Source: Abditibacterium sp. (lineage in GTDB: Bacteria; Armatimonadota; Abditibacteriia; Abditibacteriales; Abditibacteriaceae). From it: DNA of 64,000 nucleotides. The position numbers and the translations under genes are program-made. The DNA lies in NCBI GenBank assembly GCA_965199495.1, contig CBDASK010000003.1:3264001-3328000 (forward strand). Direction: 5' to 3'. Positions 18,362-28,152 of this stretch are shown in pieces; positions within the stretch are counted from its first letter, which is position 1; each line of letters begins with the position of its first letter. Below the pieces are notes generated by a model. The model ran no database searches. It had not been told where the DNA came from and saw only the letters and a list, made by a program, of their open reading frames with translations.

Positions 18362-19009
18362 ATGAAAATTCGACTTTTGCTCACTGCTTTGTGTTTGATT
18401 GCAGCGCCCGCATCGCACGTTTGGGCGCAAACTGCGGCGCCCGAAACCGCAGCACCCGAAACCGTGCGCCCGACAATTACGACTACTGGTCAGGTCAACA
18501 AACCGGGCAAATTTCCGTTTGTTGAGGGCGAAAAATTGTCTGCGCTTCTGGAACGAGCTGGCGGTGCGACCGCCATAGCCTCAACTAAAGAACTCTACGT
18601 TTTGCGCGACGGCGTGGTTATTCGGATCGATTTATCGGGATCGCAGACGGGGAAATTCGTTTTGCGCGAAGGGGATACTTTGGTCGTGCCCCAAGACTTG
18701 CGCCAGATATTTGTGATGGGAAATGTTGTCCGGCCCGGATACTATCCCATGAAAGAGAAAAAACCAACGTTCGTTTGGGAGGCGTTGATGTTAGCGGGCG
18801 GCCCCTCGGCTAATTCCGCCAACATTTATGTTGGCATCATCCGCAGAGAGCCGAAACTTTCCGATGACTGGTATGATTGGCCCACCGATATAAACGCGCC
18901 ATTGTTTCAGATTCCCTTGCAAGAGGGTGACGGGATTTACGTAACAAATCATAAACCAGTAAGCGGCCTTCAACTGCTCCACGACTTCATCACAACTGAC
19001 AAAATATGA
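18362..19009 (+). CDS. Secreted SLBB-domain protein
   Basis: Signal peptide; two SLBB units (GQVNKPG...AGG; GNVVRPG...AGG). Confidence 0.8.
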   Translation: MKIRLLLTALCLIAAPASHVWAQTAAPETAAPETVRPTITTTGQVNKPGKFPFVEGEKLSALLERAGGATAIASTKELYVLRDGVVIRIDLSGSQTGKFVLREGDTLVVPQDLRQIFVMGNVVRPGYYPMKEKKPTFVWEALMLAGGPSANSANIYVGIIRREPKLSDDWYDWPTDINAPLFQIPLQEGDGIYVTNHKPVSGLQLLHDFITTDKI

Positions 19010-19962
19010 AAATAATTTCCTACGGTGAACTTTTAATTGACATGGTTTCGTCCGCGCCCGACGCGGCGATTGGCGCGGCGCTCGACTGGGTCAAAGCGCC
19101 CGGCGGCGCGCCCGCTAATGTCGCGGTCGGCGTGCAACGTCTGGGCGCGCAAGCCGAGTTTTGGGGCGCGGTCGGCGACGATCCGTTTGGCGAATTTCTG
19201 CGCGAAGTCGTGGGCGCCGAAGGCGTGAATGTCGCGCGTTTGCAATTGCGCCCGGAGCGCACGACGATCGCGTTTGTGGCGACTTTGGCGAGCGGCAATA
19301 AAGAGATTTGCTTTTATCGCCATCCCGGCGCCGACGTGCATTTCGACATTTCGCAAATCGGAGCCGACGCGTTCGAGGGCGCCGATATTTTCCATTGTGG
19401 CAGCGTCAGTTTGAGTTTGGAGCCGAGCCGCAGCGCGCAATTTGAATTGGCGAAACGCGCGCGCGCGGCGGGCACATTGGTTTCTTTCGATCCGAATTGG
19501 CGCCCATCTTTGTGGAACGATTTCGACGCAGCGCGCGAATTGATCTGGCAAATGATTCCACTGTCGGACATCGTCAAAGTCGCCGACGAAGAATGGGAAT
19601 TCGTCACCGGCACGCCCGATTTCGCCGAGGGCGCGCGCAAAATTCGCGAACTTGGCCCGCGCCTCGTCGTGATGACGCGCGGCGCGCAGGGCGCCAGTTG
19701 GAATTGCGCGGCGGGGCAAGGCGAAGTTGGCGGCTTTTCGGCCAAAGCGATTGACACGTTGGGCGCGGGCGATTCGTTCGTGGCGGGCATGCTCTATCAA
19801 GTCGGCGTGGCTGCATCGCTCGACGAAGTGTTAAACGCCGATTCGCTGAATGAAATTTTGCGATTTGCCAACGCGTGCGGCGCCATCGCCACGCAAAAAG
19901 CGGGCGCGATTCCAGCGTTGCCGACGCGCGATGAGGTTGAGGCGTTTATGGCAAACGCGTGA
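19006..19962 (+). CDS. PfkB-family carbohydrate kinase (fructokinase-like)
   Basis: GGAPANVA, FDPNWR, DTLGAGDSF. Confidence 0.92.
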   Translation: MKIISYGELLIDMVSSAPDAAIGAALDWVKAPGGAPANVAVGVQRLGAQAEFWGAVGDDPFGEFLREVVGAEGVNVARLQLRPERTTIAFVATLASGNKEICFYRHPGADVHFDISQIGADAFEGADIFHCGSVSLSLEPSRSAQFELAKRARAAGTLVSFDPNWRPSLWNDFDAARELIWQMIPLSDIVKVADEEWEFVTGTPDFAEGARKIRELGPRLVVMTRGAQGASWNCAAGQGEVGGFSAKAIDTLGAGDSFVAGMLYQVGVAASLDEVLNADSLNEILRFANACGAIATQKAGAIPALPTRDEVEAFMANA

Positions 19963-20015
19963 GTTTTTCTCTCTACAGAGGCGCTCTGTAAGAAAAAATT
20001 TTAGATAACCCTTAC

Positions 20016-20103
20016 ATGCTCGGCGGGGCTGACGCTCTCTTCCAATCGGCGTGCTTTGGACGAACTCCACAGATTGGAAGAGGGCGTCAGCCCCGCCGAG
20101 CAT
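20016..20103. repeat. Palindromic element, family C
   Basis: ATGCTCGGCGGGGCTGACGCTCTCTTCCAATC...GATTGGAAGAGGGCGTCAGCCCCGCCGAGCAT. Confidence 0.85.
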
Positions 20104-20131
20104 TTGCTGTAGAACGGGTTTTATCAACCAA

Positions 20132-20167
20132 AAAACGGCGCCCTCACTTTCGTGAGAGCGCCGTTTC
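20132..20167. terminator. Intrinsic terminator between convergent genes
   Basis: AAAACGGCGCCCTCAC...GTGAGAGCGCCGTTTC. Confidence 0.65.
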
Positions 20168-20182
20168 ATTTTCTCCAAACTT

Positions 20183-21160
20183 CTACCGATCTCGCCCGCC
20201 CGCCCGCGAAAAGCCGACTTCGCGGTCACTGTTATCGGGCGCGTTGTCGGCCTCTTCCTGCATCTCTTTGAGCTGACCAATCAAATCGCTCGCTTCGTGT
20301 TTGGTCAACTGGTCAACCGGCTTGCCGATCATCCGATCCAAATCGGTATCGCGCGAGTGGCGGCCAAATACTTTGCCCGCAATCGCCATAATCGCGCGAT
20401 GCTGCGGCTCGGTCATCGGGTTGCCGCCAACAGGAGCCACGGCGCCATCGTCGAAGGCATCGTCGTCGCGCTGCGCATTGCGGTTATTGCCGCGCGGCGC
20501 TTCGCGGTCTTCGCTTCGATTGTTCGAGCGCGGCGAATAATTGCCTTTGTCCGAATCGAACTCGATGTCTTCCAAATCCTGCGTGAACATACCCGAAGCG
20601 CGCGTGGCTGACAAAGTCGCGTCCACTAAAGCGCGTTTTTTCGCCATCTTCAAAACCGTGTTGGCAATGCCAGCTGCATCCTGATTCTTGTAACGCCGTT
20701 CGCGCGAGTTGCACGAACCGATGCCTTCGGCTTCGACGCCGCCGGTGCGCTTGTTGAGCAGCGTCACCTTCATCTCGTAGGCGACAAAGCCGTTATCCCA
20801 ATCCTCGACGCGATTGCTCACTTCGACCATCGGCGACAGGCCAAAAACCGCGTTGAGCTTTTCGGCGCCCGGCTTGAACAGCGTCGGTTTGTTGCCGCCG
20901 GGAATTACGCCGTAATCTTCGCCCACGGTCATGTGGTTTTTCACGTAATCGCGTAACATCTCGGTGCGGCGCGTCACTTCTTCGGGGCTGGCCGCGAAGT
21001 CGGGGAACACATCGGCGGCTTCAGGCGCCATTTCGGGTTCGGGCATAGTCGCCTCGGCTTGCGTTTTTGGTGCCGCTTTCGCGGTCACAGTCTCTTGCGT
21101 CGTCTCGGTCGTTTCGACCGGCTTGGTGGACGCTTTACGTCCTTTTAATTCTCCGCTCAT
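20183..21160 (-). CDS. Hypothetical protein resembling phage single-strand-annealing/recombination proteins
   Basis: DYGVIPGGNKPTLFKPGAEKL, GIGSCNSRE, NTVLKMAKKRALVDA, FTQDLED; RBS GGAG. The gene is clear, the function is inferred. Confidence 0.7.
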   Translation of the reverse strand: MSGELKGRKASTKPVETTETTQETVTAKAAPKTQAEATMPEPEMAPEAADVFPDFAASPEEVTRRTEMLRDYVKNHMTVGEDYGVIPGGNKPTLFKPGAEKLNAVFGLSPMVEVSNRVEDWDNGFVAYEMKVTLLNKRTGGVEAEGIGSCNSRERRYKNQDAAGIANTVLKMAKKRALVDATLSATRASGMFTQDLEDIEFDSDKGNYSPRSNNRSEDREAPRGNNRNAQRDDDAFDDGAVAPVGGNPMTEPQHRAIMAIAGKVFGRHSRDTDLDRMIGKPVDQLTKHEASDLIGQLKEMQEEADNAPDNSDREVGFSRAGGRDR

Positions 21161-21255
21161 TGTTGTTTATCTCCTGTTTCATCTCTAATTGGACGGATTG
21201 CGGGCATCGCTTCCTTTATTTCACTGAATTCCATGAAAATGCGAAAGCACTCTAA

Positions 21256-21284
21256 ATTTTACCCTGAATCTGTGGCAAAGTCAA
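21256..21284 (-). promoter_or_regulatory. Near-consensus sigma70 promoter for 20183-21160
   Basis: Minus strand TTGACT-17 bp-TAAAAT. Confidence 0.7.
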
Positions 21285-21617
21285 GCGAAAACAGCGCGTT
21301 TTTCGAGAAAATTTTCGGTCATTAAGAGGCGTCCAAAAATTCTCTCTTTGCCTTTGTTATTGATACGAAAATCGTTTTTGAGATTGGAATTAAATGCGAG
21401 CGTTAAAATTAATTTTATTATCAGTCCGAAATTTATCTGTTAAGAGAGTTATATTTATCTCTTTAAATTTCGCCCTCTTGGCAAATAATAACATCTTTAC
21501 TCAATTATATCCGCGATGATTTGGCACTTGTGTCAATTTTCTTGCATACTTTGCCCCTGAAAATCTTATGAACTTTTTAGTCAATTTATTGTCTATGAAG
21601 TTTCAAGGAGAAGCACA

Positions 21618-21854
21618 ATGCCTCAAGTAGATACAGAATTCCATTCACCCGACGACGAACAAATCTATCATATCGGTTACTCTGAATCCGATTTCGTAGA
21701 TTTGGAGCAGGTCGATCAATTTCAACCCGAAGTCAAGCCCCGCAGCACGACGAGCGCCTCAACCGATCTCTATACATCGTCACAACTCGAATCGCGCCGT
21801 TATCGCGACCAAGGCGATCCCGGCGAATACGACGCGCGCTTTGAAGATCAGTAA
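21618..21854 (+). CDS. Small acidic hypothetical protein (78 aa)
   Basis: RBS AAGGAG, own terminator AGAAAGCTATCAC...GTGGTAGCTTTCT. Confidence 0.75.
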   Translation: MPQVDTEFHSPDDEQIYHIGYSESDFVDLEQVDQFQPEVKPRSTTSASTDLYTSSQLESRRYRDQGDPGEYDARFEDQ

Positions 21855-21974
21855 ATTCGTCATTTTCCCTCAGAAAGCTATCACATTTGTGGTAGCTTTC
21901 TTGCGTTTTGCGCGCGTTAATTTCGCTTTATAGGCAGAAAAATGACCCTTGATACGCGACAACGCGTCAAACAA

Positions 21975-22397
21975 ATGATGAACAAATTATTTCTTCCCGC
22001 TGTTTTGACTTGTTGTCTGCTGCCGATAGTAGCCACTGCCACTCCCAAAGCCGCTAACACTTCGGCCCGTCATGCCCAATCGTTGCACTTTAGGCGCGGC
22101 GCCACCAATCTCAGCGTGCGCGGCTCGCTGGGCGAAAACGTCAATCGTTTTTATACGCTGAAAATGAACGCGGGCCAGCACCTGAAAATCAGCGCGATTT
22201 CCGATGCGAAAACGCATTCGCAGGTCGTGCCGCTCCTTTTCGTGACGCCGCCGTGCGGCCAATTCAACGGCGACAAAACCAACTCCTACGCCGAAGATTC
22301 CAGTCGCGCCGGGATTTACAAAATCGAAGTCAAAACAAATTTAATGGCCTCCAATGCGCGCAACGGAAATTTCGTTTTGAAAGTCTCGGCTTATTAA
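21975..22397 (+). CDS. Small secreted beta-rich protein (PPC-like)
   Basis: Signal peptide; FRRGATNLSVRG...YTLKMNAGQHL...GIYKIEV pattern. Confidence 0.7.
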   Translation: MMNKLFLPAVLTCCLLPIVATATPKAANTSARHAQSLHFRRGATNLSVRGSLGENVNRFYTLKMNAGQHLKISAISDAKTHSQVVPLLFVTPPCGQFNGDKTNSYAEDSSRAGIYKIEVKTNLMASNARNGNFVLKVSAY

Positions 22398-22583
22398 TTT
22401 TAGCGGCGGCTCCCGCCGTGGCTGTTGTTGGGCCATGCGAACGAGCGAAAATTTCGCGGCAGAGTTGCGAGGGTTTGCGGTTTACTTAGGCGGTCACCCA
22501 TTTTTAGAGCGCTTGTAATCGTGCGAGTTTTATTTTGACAGAAAATCGCGCCTCAACAATAGTTTGTTCCACATTTTAATACG

Positions 22584-22823
22584 ATGAAATTCAGCCTCAT
22601 CGGAATTTTTACTGCTCTGTTTTGGGCTATTATTTGGTTTGCTTTGTCAGGAGCGGTCATTTTTACTTCGCTAAAAATAATCCAATTCTTTCAGATGAAA
22701 TCCGATATATTGACATTCGCAATTCTGCTTCTCTCTTTTCCTATCTCCGGGTTCTTTATAGCCCCACTAATGGGGAGAGGTTTGAAAAGAAACAAAGAAG
22801 GAGACGCTTCGCCGAAGGATTAA
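22584..22823 (+). CDS. Small membrane protein
   Basis: 79 aa with two TM segments, low GC. Confidence 0.5.
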   Translation: MKFSLIGIFTALFWAIIWFALSGAVIFTSLKIIQFFQMKSDILTFAILLLSFPISGFFIAPLMGRGLKRNKEGDASPKD

Positions 22824-22876
22824 ATAACGAGGCGCGCGCGAATAATTTTAGAAGCGAGCGAACGATTCCCCGTCTT

Positions 22877-23707
22877 ATGCGTTTTTCGTCTTTGTCCGCC
22901 GTTACACGCACCGTCGCACTCGTGCTATTGTCGCTACTGTTTTTGGTGCCGTTTTACCTGATCGCGCGCAATTCTCTGCTGACCGACAAGCAAATCACTT
23001 CGTTCGATTGGATTTGGTGGCCCAAACATCCGCGTTTCGACAACTTCAGCGAACTGTTTTCCAGTCCCGACATTCCGATGGCGAGCGGCGTGGCCAACTC
23101 GTTTTTCATCGCGATGGTCACGCTGATTTTTCAGATGTTGTTCTCGTCAATGGCCGGTTACGCTCTCGCGCGCATTCCGGCGCGCGGGCGCGACTTGGTT
23201 TTCTACGCTGTCGTTGCCACTTTGATGATTCCCGGCGCCGTTACTTTCGTTCCTTCCTACGCTGTTATGGCGTGGCTGGGCGGCGTCAACACGCGTTGGG
23301 GCATCATCGCTCCCGGACTATTTTCGGCGTTCTCGATATTTTTATTTCGCCAGTTTTACCTGCGCTTTCCCTCGGAAATCGAGGAAGCCGGACGCCTGGA
23401 CGGCTTGGGTTATTTCGGCGTCTATTGGCGTTTATTAGTGCCCAACTCGACCGGCATTTTGATGGCGTTGGGAGTTCTCACTTTCATCGGAAGTTGGAAC
23501 GCGTTTTTGTGGCCTTTGGTCATCGGTCAAGACCCTTCGACGTGGACGGTGCAGGTCGTTTTGTCCACATTTTTAACTTCGCAAACCGTTAATTACGCCC
23601 TACTATTCGCGGCGGCGGCGGTCGGCGTGGCTCCTCTTGTTCTGGTGTTTTTGTTTATGCAACGCTACATCGTCGAAGGCGCCAAATTTTCCAGCGGCAA
23701 AGAATAG
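22877..23707 (+). CDS. Carbohydrate ABC transporter permease (MalG-like)
   Basis: EEAGRLDG EAA loop, WNAFLWPL; ATG at 22877. Confidence 0.92.
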   Translation: MRFSSLSAVTRTVALVLLSLLFLVPFYLIARNSLLTDKQITSFDWIWWPKHPRFDNFSELFSSPDIPMASGVANSFFIAMVTLIFQMLFSSMAGYALARIPARGRDLVFYAVVATLMIPGAVTFVPSYAVMAWLGGVNTRWGIIAPGLFSAFSIFLFRQFYLRFPSEIEEAGRLDGLGYFGVYWRLLVPNSTGILMALGVLTFIGSWNAFLWPLVIGQDPSTWTVQVVLSTFLTSQTVNYALLFAAAAVGVAPLVLVFLFMQRYIVEGAKFSSGKE

Positions 23708-23748
23708 ATTTTATGCACTTTTCTAACTCTCGCGAGGTGACGCGCTAA

Positions 23749-24918
23749 ATGGCCAGCGTTACTCTGACTAAATTGCGCAAAGCCTTTCCCGATGCGCAAT
23801 CGGGGAAGGAAGTCGTGGCGGTCAATGATCTCAATCTCGAAGTGCGCGATGGCGAATTTCTGGTTCTGGTCGGTCCATCGGGTTGCGGCAAATCCACGGC
23901 GTTGCGCATGCTCGCTGGCCTCGAAACCATTAGCGGCGGCGAAGTGCGCATCGGCGAGCGCGTCGTCAATAACGTCGCGCCGGGCGGGCGCAATATCGCG
24001 ATGGTTTTCCAGAATTACGCGCTTTATCCGCACCTGAGCGTTTACGACAACATGGCGTTTAGCCTCAAGCTCAACCGTTTGCCGGGCTTTCCCAGATCGC
24101 TGTTCGCCGGGCCGGACGTGGTGCAGGAGCGCAAAAACATCGACATCGAAGTGCGCAACGCGGCGGAACTGTTGGGCATCACGCATTTGCTGGATCGCAA
24201 ACCGGCGAAGCTGTCGGGTGGCCAGCGCCAGCGCGTGGCGTTGGGGCGCGCCATCGTGCGCCATCCCGAAGTGTTTTTGATGGACGAACCTCTGTCCAAT
24301 CTCGACGCCAAACTGCGCGTGCAGACGCGTGCCGAATTGATCAAATTGCACCGACGTTTAGGCGTCACCACGATTTACGTGACGCACGATCAGGTCGAAG
24401 CGATGACGATGGGCCAGCGCATCGCCGTGATGCGCGACGGCGTTTTGCAACAGTGCGACACGCCGCTCGCGTTATATCACCAGCCGCGCAACGTTTTCGT
24501 CGCCGGTTTCATCGGCACGCCCGCGATGAATTTTATGCTCGCCAAAGTGCAACTCGGCGCGACACCGATGTTGGACGCGGGCACGATAAAACTTCCGATT
24601 CCCGCCGAGCGCGCGCAATCGTTGCAAAATTACAACGGCAAATCGGTCATCGTCGGGATTCGGCCCGAAAACATCTTCGACCGCGAATTTCCGCCGTCGG
24701 TAGGCCGCGAAACGCTGCTCAGCGAAGCCGTGCAATTGCCAGTTGATTTAGTCGAACCGACCGGATCGAAATCGTTGGTAACATTGCGCGCGGGCGAAAA
24801 CGTGTTAGTCGCCGAAATGGAAGCCGCCACCAAAGCGCGCGAATCTGGCAACGTTTCGGTCGTTTTCGACGGCGGCGCGGCGCACGTTTTCGACGCCCAA
24901 AGCGAGTTGGCGCTATGA
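23749..24918 (+). CDS. Sugar ABC transporter ATP-binding protein (MalK/UgpC-like)
   Basis: GPSGCGKST, LSGGQRQR, MDEPLSNLD, YVTHDQ. Confidence 0.95.
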   Translation: MASVTLTKLRKAFPDAQSGKEVVAVNDLNLEVRDGEFLVLVGPSGCGKSTALRMLAGLETISGGEVRIGERVVNNVAPGGRNIAMVFQNYALYPHLSVYDNMAFSLKLNRLPGFPRSLFAGPDVVQERKNIDIEVRNAAELLGITHLLDRKPAKLSGGQRQRVALGRAIVRHPEVFLMDEPLSNLDAKLRVQTRAELIKLHRRLGVTTIYVTHDQVEAMTMGQRIAVMRDGVLQQCDTPLALYHQPRNVFVAGFIGTPAMNFMLAKVQLGATPMLDAGTIKLPIPAERAQSLQNYNGKSVIVGIRPENIFDREFPPSVGRETLLSEAVQLPVDLVEPTGSKSLVTLRAGENVLVAEMEAATKARESGNVSVVFDGGAAHVFDAQSELAL

Positions 24919-26216
24919 GCGCGCAACAAAACGGCATCAATCGCCGCGAATTTATCAAGACCGCGTTCGTCACGGCGGGCACAGTGACCATAGGAGCCAC
25001 GGCGCTTGGGTCATTGGGCGGTTGTCGGCGCGGCGCCTCGAAAAACGGGCGCGTCACTTTGACGCAGTGGTATCACCAATACGGCGAGACGGGCACCAAA
25101 GACGCGGTTTACCGTTACGCGGCGGATTATACCAAAGCCAATCCCAAAATTAATATCGAGATCGTGTGGGTGCCGGGCGACTACGCCACCAAGCTCAACA
25201 CGGCGCTTTTGGTGGCGGGCGGGCCGGACGTTTTCGAGCGTGGCGGCCTGACGATTCCGATGGTCAGCGCCGGACAAGTCGCGCCTTTGGACGATCTGTT
25301 TCCGCCCGACATTCGCGCCGATTTCGATCCCGGCGATTTGGAATCGTTTGGTGTGGATGGGAAAATTTACGCCGTCAAAATGGTGACGGACACGCAAGTT
25401 TTGTATTATCGTCCGTCGTTGCTCAAAAAAGCGGGCCTCGCGCCGCCGCAGACTTTGGACGAGTTGATCGCGGCCAGTAAAGCGTTGGTGGCGCCGCGCC
25501 GCAAAGGCATTTTCTTGGGCAACGACGGTGGCATCGGCACTCTGTTGAATATCGCGCTTTGGTCGGCGGGCGAGGAATTGTTGCGCGATGATAAAGTCGC
25601 GTTCAACACGCCACGCACCGCGTTGGCCTACGAAAAATTGCGCGTCTTGACCGAGTCGGATGCCAACCTCATCGGCGCGCCAACCGATTGGTGGGATCCG
25701 TCGGCGTTCAATCAGGAACTAACGGCGATGCAGTGGGGCGGTTTGTGGTCGTATCCCGAAATTAAAAAAACGTGGAGCGAAGATGTCGGCGCCTTGCCGT
25801 GGCCCGCGTTAGACGAGCAGGGCGCGCCCGCGATGCCTGCGGGTGGTTGGGCGCAGATGGTCAATGCGCGCAGTCCGCAGGTGGACGAGGCGAAAAAATA
25901 CGTCAATTATCTGTGGATCGAAAACCAGAAAATTCAGCTCGATTGGAATTTGAGTTACGGTTTTCACGTTCCGCCGCGCAAAAGCGTGGTAAAATTGGCC
26001 GACGCGCTCAAGGCACCCGTGCCCAGCAAAATCGTGGCGGATTTGGGCCAATACGGCCACATCATTCCGCCCGCGTGGAGTAGCGGCATGGGCACCGCGC
26101 TGAGCGATGCCGCCGTCAATATCGTGAAATTAAACTCGCCCGCCGCGCAGCAGATCGCCGTGGCTGCGAGCAAGTGCGAGCGCGAATTGGAACGCCAATT
26201 CCGTTATCGTAAGTGA
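24915..26216 (+). CDS. Sugar ABC transporter substrate-binding protein (Tat-type signal, lipobox)
   Basis: NRREFIK twin-arginine motif, LGGC, family 1 SBP features. Confidence 0.9.
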   Translation: MSAQQNGINRREFIKTAFVTAGTVTIGATALGSLGGCRRGASKNGRVTLTQWYHQYGETGTKDAVYRYAADYTKANPKINIEIVWVPGDYATKLNTALLVAGGPDVFERGGLTIPMVSAGQVAPLDDLFPPDIRADFDPGDLESFGVDGKIYAVKMVTDTQVLYYRPSLLKKAGLAPPQTLDELIAASKALVAPRRKGIFLGNDGGIGTLLNIALWSAGEELLRDDKVAFNTPRTALAYEKLRVLTESDANLIGAPTDWWDPSAFNQELTAMQWGGLWSYPEIKKTWSEDVGALPWPALDEQGAPAMPAGGWAQMVNARSPQVDEAKKYVNYLWIENQKIQLDWNLSYGFHVPPRKSVVKLADALKAPVPSKIVADLGQYGHIIPPAWSSGMGTALSDAAVNIVKLNSPAAQQIAVAASKCERELERQFRYRK

Positions 26217-26296
26217 AAATTTTGGATGTAGATTTTGCGCGTAAAGAACGACGAACGAGAACATTTTATGTAGGAGTTAAGGCGTTGCGCTCGCTC

Positions 26297-26430
26297 TGTC
26301 ATTTCGAGCGAAGCCGAGAAATCTTTCGGCCCCGCGCCAGCGGAGAAAATGCGAGAGCCTGAACGTGAAGACCTCTTCAACTTGCGCTGCCGCGCGGGCA
26401 CAAGATTTCTCGGCTTCGCTCGAAATGACA
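26297..26430. repeat. TGTCATT-type palindrome, family G
   Basis: TGTCATTTCGAGCGAAGCCGAGAAATCT...AGATTTCTCGGCTTCGCTCGAAATGACA. Confidence 0.88.
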
Positions 26431-26485
26431 ATCGCGACCAGCTGCGTAATTCCTACTATCAATCACAAATTTGAAAAATCACACC

Positions 26486-27496
26486 ATGAAATCCCCCAGT
26501 TCCGCGCCCGATGCGGGCGGCGCGCCGCTCGCGCAAGACGTTTTATTCGCCGATAAAAAACGCCGCAGTTTGGTGCCCAAAATTTTCACGTCGGGCGGCG
26601 AGGGCACCGACCGCAACGCGACCATCGCGTTCTGGTTGTTCGTCGCACCCGCTTTGATTGGCCTACTGATTTTCGTGTTTTTGCCGATTTTGTGGGGCTT
26701 CGTTTTGTCGCTTTCCTACGCGCAAAACACCATCACGCCGATTCGTTTCGTCGGCTTCGCCAACTACATTGACCTGCTGACCGACGAAGCATTTTTGCGT
26801 TCGATGAGCAGCATTTTGGTGTTCGCGCTTTTCATCGTGCCGCTCACTTTCGCAGTTTCGCTGTGGCTGGCGCTTTTAGTCCATAACGCCGGATTCGGGC
26901 GCGCGTTTTTCCGCACCGCGTTCTTCATTCCGACGGCGGTTTCCTATGTTGTCGCCTCGCTGATCTGGAAAATTAGCCTGTTCAACTCGCTGCAATCGGG
27001 CGTGGCCAACCAACTTTTGGGTTTGGCGGGCGCTTCTCCAATTACGTGGATTGGCACGATTTCGCCGCCGTGGTTTTGGGTCGTTTTGGTCAGCGTGCGC
27101 CTGTGGCTGCAAGTCGGCTTTTACATGATCATTTTTCTGGCGGCATTGCAGGAAATTCCGCCCTCGATTTACGAAGCCGCCGCCGTGGATAACGTGCGTC
27201 CCGGTTGGCAGACTTTTCGCCATATCACGTTGCCACAACTGCGCGCGACGACGGTTTCGGTTTTGATTCTCAATCTCATCGCGGCGTTTCAGGCGTTCGA
27301 CGAGTTTTATAATATTCTCGGCACGGCGGGCGCCAACATCGCTCTGGCGCGCACGCCGTTGATTTATTTATATTCGCTGGCTTTGACCGACCAAGATTTC
27401 GGGCGCGGCACGGCGGGCGCCTTTATTTTGACGTTCGTAATTTTCGCGATTACGATTATCCAAGGCCGCATCATCGGCTTCGGCGATCGCGACTAA
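26486..27496 (+). CDS. Carbohydrate ABC transporter permease (MalF-like)
   Basis: FVGFANY, YEAAAVD EAA loop, FQAFDEF. Confidence 0.92.
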   Translation: MKSPSSAPDAGGAPLAQDVLFADKKRRSLVPKIFTSGGEGTDRNATIAFWLFVAPALIGLLIFVFLPILWGFVLSLSYAQNTITPIRFVGFANYIDLLTDEAFLRSMSSILVFALFIVPLTFAVSLWLALLVHNAGFGRAFFRTAFFIPTAVSYVVASLIWKISLFNSLQSGVANQLLGLAGASPITWIGTISPPWFWVVLVSVRLWLQVGFYMIIFLAALQEIPPSIYEAAAVDNVRPGWQTFRHITLPQLRATTVSVLILNLIAAFQAFDEFYNILGTAGANIALARTPLIYLYSLALTDQDFGRGTAGAFILTFVIFAITIIQGRIIGFGDRD

Positions 27497-28152
27497 AGTT
27501 CGACCATGCGCGTTTCGCCCAATTCGTTGGCTTGCCACACGCGATTCGTCGTCACATCGAGCGCCGACAGCCAGCCACCGCCGTGGCAAAACGTATCAAT
27601 GCAGACGGCGTGGCTGATGTCGAGCGGCAGACCATTTTTCTGCGAAGTGTGCCCACAAATCACGCGTTTGCCCGAAAAATGCGGCGCCTGATTATCCACG
27701 CGCTCCCACAGCAAAACCTGTTGGTGCTGATCGGACAGTTCTAACTCGGCATCAACGGCGCCATGAACGAAAATTTCGTTTTCCGTTTCATAATACTCGG
27801 CCAAGTTATCGAGAAATTCCCAGTGCGCGGCGGGAACTTGAGTCAGGTCGCCATAAGAATGAATCGTCTCCAAACCGCCGACGTTTCCGTGGAACCACGA
27901 GATAAACCAGTTGCGATCTTCGCGCGCGTTTTCCATCCATAAATCGTGATTGCCACGCAGAAATATCGTGTTCGGGCGCGCCGATAGTTCGATTAATCGT
28001 TCCAAAACGCCGCGCGAATTGGGGCCGCGATCAACGTAATCGCCCAGAAAAATCAGCGTGTCGGCGGGCTGCAAATCCACGAATTCGAGTAGGGTATCAA
28101 GTGCGGTCAGGCAACCGTGAATGTCGCCGATGGCGAGAGTGCGAGGCGTCAT
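27493..28152 (-). CDS. Ser/Thr protein phosphatase (metallophosphoesterase)
   Basis: GDIHG, GDYVDRG, LRGNHD, GHT. Confidence 0.92.
   Translation of the reverse strand: MTPRTLAIGDIHGCLTALDTLLEFVDLQPADTLIFLGDYVDRGPNSRGVLERLIELSARPNTIFLRGNHDLWMENAREDRNWFISWFHGNVGGLETIHSYGDLTQVPAAHWEFLDNLAEYYETENEIFVHGAVDAELELSDQHQQVLLWERVDNQAPHFSGKRVICGHTSQKNGLPLDISHAVCIDTFCHGGGWLSALDVTTNRVWQANELGETRMVEL

Noticed and set aside
22398..22501. 33-aa minus-strand ORF (MGDRLSKPQ...)
   Set aside because: No clear RBS or motif; too short to support.
20183..22823. Possible prophage remnant
   Set aside because: No integrase, structural or other phage genes; only one phage-like protein.
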